From NCBI GenBank assembly GCA_964344635.1, contig CAYFOE010000005.1, positions 1 to 52,949 of the forward strand: a stretch of DNA of 52,949 bases, read 5' to 3'. Numbering within the stretch: the first letter of the stretch is position 1; each line of letters starts with the position of its first letter. A model generated the notes under the pieces. It was not told where the DNA came from. It saw only the letters and a list, made by a program, of their open reading frames with translations, and did no database searches. The stretch is from Candidatus Woesearchaeota archaeon. Its GTDB lineage: Archaea; Nanobdellota; Nanobdellia; SCGC-AAA011-G17; UBA489. Made by a program: the position numbers and the translations under genes. Below are positions 45,617 to 52,949 of this stretch, piece by piece.

Positions 45617-46178
45617 GACCTATCGCATATTTAGGGATTAAACCTTTTTTCTTAAGTTTGCTTAATGAATCAACTTTTGTTGAACCTGCAACTCTATGTG
45701 CAAACAAAGGTTCTTCAGTTTTAGATTCGCCAATATACAACAAGTTATGAGAAAACTGTCTGAGATTTCCTTGAGAATCTAGTCCCCTCATGTTTGGACT
45801 GTTTGGATAAGATGCACCGATGACATCTCCTTGAGAAATTTGATCTTTTGAAATTAATTGTTCTAGAGAATCATAACCATCTAACTCTGCAATGACCCTA
45901 TCATTATGAATTCTATCCCATGCATGCGAATAAGAATAATCAACATCAAACATTTCTTTTGCAGCCTTTCTAACATATGCTGAACACATTCCAGGTTTTA
46001 ATCCCGTAAAAACATTGTAAACGGGTACAGTTACTTCACCAGAACTAAGTTCAACTTTCTTGTCCAGGCCTAATAGATCCATTTTTTGTTTTTCCTGTGG
46101 CACTGCAATGAACGCTAAAGATGCTAATGCACTTGTTGCCAATAAAGTTCTTGCACTCTTTTTCATTTTCGTCCCCAT
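45597..46178 (-). CDS. Exported NlpC/P60/CHAP-like cysteine hydrolase (putative)
   Basis: Signal-like N-terminus; C65 in GMCSAYVR, AWD, GDVI, H144 in SHNLLYIG, H161. Confidence 0.55.
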   Translation of the reverse strand: MGTKMKKSARTLLATSALASLAFIAVPQEKQKMDLLGLDKKVELSSGEVTVPVYNVFTGLKPGMCSAYVRKAAKEMFDVDYSYSHAWDRIHNDRVIAELDGYDSLEQLISKDQISQGDVIGASYPNSPNMRGLDSQGNLRQFSHNLLYIGESKTEEPLFAHRVAGSTKVDSLSKLKKKGLIPKYAIGPKTSSD

Positions 46179-46270
46179 TTAGTTACACTAACCTATATGT
46201 TACAGTATATAAATTTATTGATGTGGATTTTACGGCCCTCAGGAAGGTTTATAATGCATTCTAGCCTGGC

Positions 46271-48748
46271 ATGAATATGGTCAAAGTTGATTTTTACCCA
46301 CTTACTGTCGATTATTTTGATGAAATAGGCAGCGCCCACAGAGGCGTAGTGAGGATATTTGGGAGAGACTCAGAAGGAAATAAGATCTGTGTAGAAGACA
46401 AAACCTATTCCGCATATTTCTGGATAGTCCTAGAAGACAAAACCTATGCCGAACCCATAAAGAAAAAATTAATGAAACTGAAAATTGCAGAAGTCAGAAG
46501 AAATGCATACGTCACCAACGTCGAAATCATGAAGAAAAAACACTTGGCAGAAAATGTCGATGTTTTGAAAGTAGAAGTAAACAACCCAAAAGATGTAAGC
46601 GTTATCAGAGAAGAAATTAAATCATGGGACGGCATCACTAATTTTTTAGAACTAGACATACCCTTTACTAGAAGGTACCTAGTTGACAAAAAAATTGAAC
46701 CCCTAAGTCTATGCACTGTCGAAGGCGAGGAAATTGAAAGCAATTACCGAGTTAGTAACGTAATCAATGCAAAGATTGTAATTCCTAAAGAAAATGGCTA
46801 CATGGCAAAACCAAGAGTCTTAGGTTTTGACATCGAAGTCTATAGCAAACACAGATTCCCAAACAACGAAGTCGACCCCATCTTGATGGTCGCACTCTAT
46901 GGAAGTGACGGCTACAAAAAAACATTCGTTTGGAAAAAATATAAGGGTGCAACGGACGATGTCGAGTTTGTAAAAGACGAAAAAGAACTAATCATGAAGT
47001 TTAATGACGCAGTCAACGCATACGACGCCGACTTCTTAGTAGGTTATTTTTCAGACGGCTTTGACTTCCCCTACCTGAAAGCTAGAGCTGAAAAATTCAA
47101 GATGAAACTAGACCTATCCCTAGACGGAAAAAAAATAAAATCAACCAGAAGAAATAACACTCAAACCACAAAGATTGCAGGCCTAATCCATGTTGACGTA
47201 TTCAAATTCATTAGAAGAATAATGAGCGGAGAAATAAACTTACCATCTTATGATCTTGACACAGTTGCAAATAATTTCTTAGGTGTAGGCAAAACCGGGG
47301 CCGACGTAGGCGAAATGTGGAAAGTTTGGGATGCAGGCAGCGATGAAATCGGAGACTATTGTAAGTACAACCTAAGAGATTCCAAATTAGCTTGCGAATT
47401 ATTCGAGAAAATATACTCTAACCTAAAAGAATTCGTAAAATTATGCGGGTTACCGCCAGATGACATTTCCAGAATGGGTTACAGCCAACTAGTTGAAAGT
47501 CTCGTCATGAAAAACCTAGAAGAATTCAACGAACTCGCCCCAAACAGACCCTATAGGAACGTTGTCGGTGAAAGAGAAGGAAGATCCGTAGAAGGTGCTT
47601 TTGTAGTTCAGCCAGAAGCAGGAGTTTACCAAGACATAGTCGTCTTTGATTTCAAAAGCCTGTACCCCACAATAATCAGTGCACACAATATTTGCCCAAG
47701 CACCATTACCGAAAAAACCAAAGACGTTAACACCACACCAGAAATCGAAGTCAACGGGAAAAATGTAAAATATAATTTCAACTTCAAATACGACGGCATC
47801 TTTCCAAAACTGATCAGAGCAATACTCGTTAGAAGAAACAGAGTCAAAGAAATGTTGAAGAAAAATAAAAAAGATGCAACACTAACCGCTAGACAATACA
47901 GTCTTAAAATTTTAGCAAACAGCGCATACGGTTACCTCGGCTTTTCAGGCGCAAGATGGTACTGCAAAGAATGTGCAGCATCAACAACAGCATATGCAAG
48001 AAACTACATTAAAACACTAATCAAAAGTGCAAACAAACACAACCTAGATGTAATCTACGGAGACACGGACTCCATATTCGTTTCCCTAGGCGATAAAAAT
48101 TTAGACTATGCAGAAAAGTTCATGGAAGAAGTCAACAAAGACCTGCCAAGTTTAATGGAACTAGAGATGGATGGTTATTATCCAAGAGGAATCTTCGTCA
48201 TGAAAAAAGGCGAAGAAGAAGGCGCTAAGAAAAAATATGCATTAATAGATAAAAATAATGACATCAAAATCGCAGGCTTCGAAACAGTCAGAGGAGATTG
48301 GAGCGGAATCGCAAAAGAAACCCAGAAAGAAGTATTAAGAATCATCCTAGAAGAAGGCGATGTCGAAAACGCAGTCAAATACGTTAAAAAAGTTTTGAAA
48401 GACACCAACGAAGGCAAAGTCCCAGTCGAAAAAATGATTTTGAAGAAAAAACTAACCAAAGATCTAGAAGACTACTCCGCAATCGGCCCACACGTCAATG
48501 TTGCAATAAAACTAAAAGAAAGAGGAGATGCTGTAGGCGCCGGAAGTGAAATAAAATACGTAGTCCAAGAAGGAACCGGAAAAATAGGCGACAGAGCCAG
48601 CCCTTTTGACGAAGCCAAAAGTTACGATCCAGAATACTACATTCAAAACCAAATACTGCCTGCAGTTGAAAGAATATTCTTAGCAGTAGGCTACGACAAA
48701 GAAGATTTAACAAACATTCATAAACAGAAGAGTTTAGGAGACTTTTAA
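46271..48748 (+). CDS. polB: Family B DNA polymerase
   Basis: Exo FDIE, FDFPYL, YNLRD; pol DFKSLYP, KILANS.YGY, YGDTDS; PIP box QKSLGDF. Confidence 0.97.
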   Translation: MNMVKVDFYPLTVDYFDEIGSAHRGVVRIFGRDSEGNKICVEDKTYSAYFWIVLEDKTYAEPIKKKLMKLKIAEVRRNAYVTNVEIMKKKHLAENVDVLKVEVNNPKDVSVIREEIKSWDGITNFLELDIPFTRRYLVDKKIEPLSLCTVEGEEIESNYRVSNVINAKIVIPKENGYMAKPRVLGFDIEVYSKHRFPNNEVDPILMVALYGSDGYKKTFVWKKYKGATDDVEFVKDEKELIMKFNDAVNAYDADFLVGYFSDGFDFPYLKARAEKFKMKLDLSLDGKKIKSTRRNNTQTTKIAGLIHVDVFKFIRRIMSGEINLPSYDLDTVANNFLGVGKTGADVGEMWKVWDAGSDEIGDYCKYNLRDSKLACELFEKIYSNLKEFVKLCGLPPDDISRMGYSQLVESLVMKNLEEFNELAPNRPYRNVVGEREGRSVEGAFVVQPEAGVYQDIVVFDFKSLYPTIISAHNICPSTITEKTKDVNTTPEIEVNGKNVKYNFNFKYDGIFPKLIRAILVRRNRVKEMLKKNKKDATLTARQYSLKILANSAYGYLGFSGARWYCKECAASTTAYARNYIKTLIKSANKHNLDVIYGDTDSIFVSLGDKNLDYAEKFMEEVNKDLPSLMELEMDGYYPRGIFVMKKGEEEGAKKKYALIDKNNDIKIAGFETVRGDWSGIAKETQKEVLRIILEEGDVENAVKYVKKVLKDTNEGKVPVEKMILKKKLTKDLEDYSAIGPHVNVAIKLKERGDAVGAGSEIKYVVQEGTGKIGDRASPFDEAKSYDPEYYIQNQILPAVERIFLAVGYDKEDLTNIHKQKSLGDF

Positions 48749-49611
48749 TGAACGATTGGTTTAAAGCAGGAAAGATTGCAGCAGAAGCAAGAGAATATGC
48801 AGTAAGTATTTGTAAACCTGGAAAGACATACACCGAAGTTGTAGATAAAACCGAAGAATCAATCATTAAGAAAGGCGGATTCCCAGCATTCCCCATGGAC
48901 ATTTCCGTAAACCAAATAGCAGCACACTACTGCCCATTCATTGACGATGATAATGTTCTAGAAAAAGGAGACCTAGTCAAGTTAGACATAGGCGTACACG
49001 TTAACGGAGCAGTTGCAGACAACGCAATCACCGTAGAACTCGGAACCAACGATTATAGAGACATGATACTCGCATCAAAAGATGCTTGCTTAGCCGCATG
49101 TGAAATAGCAACACCCGGAACCGAAATTGGCAAGTTAGGAAAAGTCATCGAAGAAACCATTACTGGTGCAGGCTTTAACCCCATTACAAATTTGAGCGGG
49201 CACGGTGTTGATTACTGGAAAGTTCACACCGACCCAACAATTCCCAACTACGATAACGGAAACCCAAACAAATTAGTCGAAGGCCAACACATCGCAATCG
49301 AACCCTTCGCAACCGACGGAGAAGGAGCAGTCAAGGAAGGCAAACCTTGCGGAGTATATGCATTCCTAGGAAAGAAACCAATGAGACTAGACAGTGCCCG
49401 AAAACTAATGGGACAAATAGAAAGAGACTACAAGACCCTACCATTTACAGAAAGATGGTTGAAAGACGTAAAGAACGCCAAATTCTTATTAAATATGTTA
49501 GAAAAAGCAGGCGTAGTAAAACAATACACGATACTACCAGAAAAAAAAGGAATGGTAACACAGTACGAAAACACAGTAGAAATAGGCAACGGAATAACCA
49601 CTAAAGTTTGA
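48748..49611 (+). CDS. map: Type II methionine aminopeptidase
   Basis: AFP, AAHY, KLDIGVHVNG..AD, NL.GH, AIEPFAT. Confidence 0.96.
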   Translation: MNDWFKAGKIAAEAREYAVSICKPGKTYTEVVDKTEESIIKKGGFPAFPMDISVNQIAAHYCPFIDDDNVLEKGDLVKLDIGVHVNGAVADNAITVELGTNDYRDMILASKDACLAACEIATPGTEIGKLGKVIEETITGAGFNPITNLSGHGVDYWKVHTDPTIPNYDNGNPNKLVEGQHIAIEPFATDGEGAVKEGKPCGVYAFLGKKPMRLDSARKLMGQIERDYKTLPFTERWLKDVKNAKFLLNMLEKAGVVKQYTILPEKKGMVTQYENTVEIGNGITTKV

Positions 49612-50191
49612 ACGTTAAATCTTCAAAGCCTAGATCTTTACTTCTAGAATCCAATTCTTCTAAAATCATTTGAGTCTGATCATAAGAATCCTGACAATTC
49701 CCGATCACATGGAGTTCAACAGCTCCCTTCCCAAACAAAGCCATCTGGGCTTCTAAGTTTATAGTCCCAAATTCAGATATAACCCGGCCATAGCCAGGAA
49801 TGTTAACAAAAGACGGGCCCTTAATCTGAGGTGTTATTGACATACCAATAAACCTAGGGTCTTCTTTCAATCTTGCCTCGTAAACTAAAATTTCACTCTT
49901 CGAAAAAGGATTTGGATCTTCAAATCTTTCAGGATGGATCTCCCAATTAATCACCTGGTATCCAGAAACCGACTCCAAAAAAGAATCAATAACCTTTAAC
50001 CTCCTAAAATCCTTACCAGTCACACACAATGCATCTGCATGATAATGTTGTTCAGGATATGCTTCCGTCCCCTCAATTTCCGAACAAATAAACATTCCTT
50101 GAAATTCATGCAAAGACCTTGTTAATTCATTGATTTGATTATTAAGACGTTCAGGCAAATAAAATATCCTTTGGGGCAAATCCGAATCCAT
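49601..50191 (-). CDS. Hypothetical protein, possible degenerate JAB/MPN domain
   Basis: E29 in HEFQGMF, WEIHP, S97-x2-E100, then IGMSITP; TAATG coupling to cdc48. Confidence 0.55.
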   Translation of the reverse strand: MDSDLPQRIFYLPERLNNQINELTRSLHEFQGMFICSEIEGTEAYPEQHYHADALCVTGKDFRRLKVIDSFLESVSGYQVINWEIHPERFEDPNPFSKSEILVYEARLKEDPRFIGMSITPQIKGPSFVNIPGYGRVISEFGTINLEAQMALFGKGAVELHVIGNCQDSYDQTQMILEELDSRSKDLGFEDLTFKL

Positions 50192-52470
50192 TATCCCATG
50201 TAAGATTGACTCGGTGGTTGGTGTTGTGCAACCCTCGCATCTCTCAAGTACTTCTCCTCAATTGCTCTGTATTTCTTAATTTCTTCCTGCTTCAATGAAG
50301 GCATTATCTTCTTTAATGACTCCTCAAAGTCTGCCGCAGAAATTTCTTTCGAAGCCCTATCTCTTCTTAATGTCACCATTGCCGCTTCCCTACAAAGTGC
50401 TTGGATGTCCGCCCCATTGAACTCTTCCAATTTCTTGTTAAGTTCTTCTAGGTTAACATCTTTCGCAAGAGGCATTCCTTTTGTATGTACTTTTAGAATT
50501 TCAATTCTTGATTTTTCTCCAGGAAGTTGTGTTGCAATAACCCTATCAAATCTTCCAGGCCTTAGCAATGCTGGATCAACTAAGTCCGGCCTGTTTGTCG
50601 CTGCAAGTACAACCACATCCGAAAGTTCTTCAAGACCATCCATCTCTGCAAGTAATGCATTAACAACTCTTTCCGTAACCTGTGAACCATTGTCCAAACC
50701 ACGCCTGGTTGCTAGAGCATCAATCTCGTCAAAGAAGATGATTGTCGGTGCGGTCTGTCTTGCTCTTTCGAAGATTTTCCTTACACCCTTTTCTGATTCT
50801 CCAACCCACTTCGTTAAAAGTTCTGGACCTTTAACCAGGATGAAGTTCGATTCTGATTCGTTAGCAACTGCTTTCGCTAACAATGTTTTACCTGTCCCCG
50901 GAGGACCATACATTAAGATTCCCCTCGCCGGCTTGATACCCATCCTCTTGAAAGACTGAGGATCTTTTAACGGCCACTCAATCGCTTCCGCTAACTCTCC
51001 CTTTAAGTTTTCCAGTCCACCAATGTCAGTCCATTTAACATCCGGTGCCTCAACCAGAACTTCTCTTAAAGATGAAGGCCTTACGATCCTTCTTGCCGCT
51101 CTGAAATCTTCAGCAGTTACTTGTAATTTTACTTTTGAAATATCCTTGTCTTTTTTATTCAAGGTAGGAAGTTCTCTCCTAATAACATTCATAGCCGCTT
51201 CCTTACATAACGATTCTAAATCCGCCCCAACAAACCCATGAGTCTTAGACGCAATTGCATTTAGATCTACATCTTTTGTTACCGGCATGTTCCTAGTATG
51301 GATTTGTAAGATTTTTAGTCTACCTTCCTTGTTTGGAACGCCAATATTAATTTCCCTATCAAATCTTCCCGGACGCCTCAATGCAGGATCCAAAGAATTT
51401 TGACGATTAGTCGCACCAATAACAATAACACGACCACGAGATTTTAATCCATCCATCACAGTAAGTAATTGTGAAACCATTCTCCTTTCCACTTCACCAT
51501 AAGTTTCCTCCCTCTTAGGAGCGATCGCATCAATCTCATCAATAAAAATAATTGAAGGTGCATTCTTTTCTGCTTCCTCGAAAAGATTTCTGATCTTCTT
51601 CTCAGTCTCACCATAGAACTTAGAAAGTAATTCCGGACCATTAACCAAAATGAAATTAGCATTAGTTTCATTCGCAACAGCCTTAGCTAAAAGTGTTTTA
51701 CCTGTCCCAGGAGGACCATGCAATAGAACACCTTTTGGTGGTGCAATACCTAATGATTCGAAAATTTCCGGATTCTTTAAGGGTAGTTCAACCATTTCCC
51801 TAATCTTTGTAACTTCTTCTTGTAACCCACCAATATCTTCGTAAGTTACTTCAGGAACTTTTTCTTCTCCTTCTTTAACTTCAACAGTCTTTGAAGAAAT
51901 TTTCAATTGAGTGTTCTCAGTAATAATGCAAGGTTTCTTCGGATTAACATCCGCAACAATGAATTTTAATGAACCAAAACCTAAAGGTGACTGCGCTAAA
52001 TCATCAAATAAACCTGAAAAAATATCCTCGAAAGGTGAACCAGTCATAGTTCTCCTCCTTCTTTTTGCTCCACCTAAGGAAATAATATCTCCCTTAGTAA
52101 CAGCCCTACCTAAAAGTCCATGTTTGAACATTTCAGGATTAGCAGCTTGAATCATAACACCTTGTTGAGCAGGAGCAACAGTAATCTGTTTAGCTTCCCT
52201 AATATCTGCCTGTTTGATAACTACATGTTCACCAATACCAGTCTTCGCATTTCTCCTAATAATACCATCCATACGAATAATACTCTGACCAATATCAGAA
52301 GGATAAGCACGATCAATAATACCCACAGTAGATCTACCGCCAGTAATCTCAACAATATCACCAGCCTTAACGCCAATTTCTCTCATAGTTTGAGAGTCAA
52401 TCCTAACAATGCCTTTGTAGGCCTCTTCCTGGTAAGCTTCCTGTACCTTTAGTTTGATTTCTTTGGTCAT
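50191..52470 (-). CDS. cdc48: CDC48/VCP family AAA+ ATPase
   Basis: N-domain plus two AAA modules ([19 protein letters not shown] twice). Confidence 0.97.
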   Translation of the reverse strand: MTKEIKLKVQEAYQEEAYKGIVRIDSQTMREIGVKAGDIVEITGGRSTVGIIDRAYPSDIGQSIIRMDGIIRRNAKTGIGEHVVIKQADIREAKQITVAPAQQGVMIQAANPEMFKHGLLGRAVTKGDIISLGGAKRRRRTMTGSPFEDIFSGLFDDLAQSPLGFGSLKFIVADVNPKKPCIITENTQLKISSKTVEVKEGEEKVPEVTYEDIGGLQEEVTKIREMVELPLKNPEIFESLGIAPPKGVLLHGPPGTGKTLLAKAVANETNANFILVNGPELLSKFYGETEKKIRNLFEEAEKNAPSIIFIDEIDAIAPKREETYGEVERRMVSQLLTVMDGLKSRGRVIVIGATNRQNSLDPALRRPGRFDREINIGVPNKEGRLKILQIHTRNMPVTKDVDLNAIASKTHGFVGADLESLCKEAAMNVIRRELPTLNKKDKDISKVKLQVTAEDFRAARRIVRPSSLREVLVEAPDVKWTDIGGLENLKGELAEAIEWPLKDPQSFKRMGIKPARGILMYGPPGTGKTLLAKAVANESESNFILVKGPELLTKWVGESEKGVRKIFERARQTAPTIIFFDEIDALATRRGLDNGSQVTERVVNALLAEMDGLEELSDVVVLAATNRPDLVDPALLRPGRFDRVIATQLPGEKSRIEILKVHTKGMPLAKDVNLEELNKKLEEFNGADIQALCREAAMVTLRRDRASKEISAADFEESLKKIMPSLKQEEIKKYRAIEEKYLRDARVAQHQPPSQSYMG

Positions 52471-52497
52471 TTTTGGTGTGTACTCCTTGGGTGTTTA

Positions 52498-52842
52498 TTA
52501 AAGTTTTCTTGAAAAGAAAAGTGATAGTTTTTCAGGCGATTCTAAGGACATTTTGATTAGATTGTCCATTTCTTCGAAGATGTTTTCTTGAAAATCAATG
52601 ATTTCCTTTGGTATTGAGACAGTGTAAGAATTTCCAACAAGTCTTAGTTTTACCGAATACTGCTTGTTCTGCATGTTTAAGAACCTATTATACGCTTCCT
52701 CATCCAACGGATGAATCCACTGCTCATTACAAGACTTGCACTTCCAAGTCCTTAACTGAAAGTTATTCTTCAATAAAACAGTCTTAACAGTCTTCTTATT
52801 ACAAGTATTACATAAAATCGAAGCCTCATTAATAGATCTCAT
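52498..52842 (-). CDS. Zn-ribbon plus AbrB/MazE-type DNA-binding domain protein
   Basis: CNTC...CKSC, then VKLRLVGNSYTVSIPKEI; start at ATG 52842 downstream of TTTATATA (52872-52879). Confidence 0.8.
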   Translation of the reverse strand: MRSINEASILCNTCNKKTVKTVLLKNNFQLRTWKCKSCNEQWIHPLDEEAYNRFLNMQNKQYSVKLRLVGNSYTVSIPKEIIDFQENIFEEMDNLIKMSLESPEKLSLFFSRKL

Positions 52843-52843
52843 T

Positions 52844-52879
52844 GTGTATACAAACGTGTATACATCAAACGTATATAAA
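52844..52879 (-). promoter_or_regulatory. TATA box followed by two TGTATACA palindromes (candidate operator)
   Basis: TGTATACA at 52845-52852 and 52857-52864, between the TATA box and the ATG. Confidence 0.55.
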
Positions 52880-52899
52880 TCTTTCGATGAAAAAGGCTT

Positions 52900-52948
52900 T
52901 GCACAAAAATATTGATTCTGCACAAAAACTAGAGGTCTTGCACAAAAA
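52900..52948. repeat. Three direct repeats of TGCACAAAAA at 19-20 bp spacing; array may continue past the window edge
   Basis: Copies at 52900-52909, 52919-52928 and 52939-52948. Confidence 0.7.
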
Positions 52949-52949
52949 T

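Noticed and set aside
30258..48748. Inteins or split genes in MCM, RFC or PolB
   Set aside because: Lengths and motif spacing are normal; no intein termini seen
50405..50959. Long antisense ORFs (also 36942..37496, 48495..48902, 32671..33027 and similar)
   Set aside because: They lie opposite well-conserved genes, have no motifs, and are expected shadow frames
52843..52923. N-terminal extension of the last ORF as given in the track
   Set aside because: It runs through the TATA box and repeats; ATG 52842 is the more plausible start

Overview
Gene-dense, AT-rich archaeal chromosome segment. Gene content (tRNA-Ile(UAU) with a BHB intron, KRGQ class III signal-peptide protein, S-layer-like protein, compact information-processing genes, almost no metabolic genes) points to a DPANN archaeon, probably Woesearchaeota-like; this taxonomy is inference. 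Core genes: cysS, ileS, rps8e, Sm, rpl37e, eL41/eS32 (missed by the ORF track), aIF-1A, aIF-2beta, Dim2-type KH protein, YchF, Kae1, Trm5-family methylase, MetAP, thermosome, Cdc48, HtpX, TBP, MCM, RPA32-like OB protein, RFC-S/L, Fen1, PolB, Topo VI A/B, and five tRNAs. Most notable: (1) a coupled operon wHTH - pilin-type KRGQ protein - 1954 aa secreted Cys/TPR-like protein - multi-TM protein; (2) a Zn-ribbon/AbrB - cdc48 - degenerate JAB/MPN operon with palindromic operators; (3) a histone-H1-like repeat protein with a membrane anchor; (4) a secreted NlpC/P60/CHAP-like hydrolase and an anchored polysaccharide lyase; (5) an ATPase-less VirB11/FlaI N-domain protein; (6) a PD-(D/E)XK nuclease with a PIP-like tail next to fen1; (7) two genes broken at poly-A tracts. 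No CRISPR array, rRNA, integrase or transposase was seen. All family calls come from motif recognition by eye, not from database searches.
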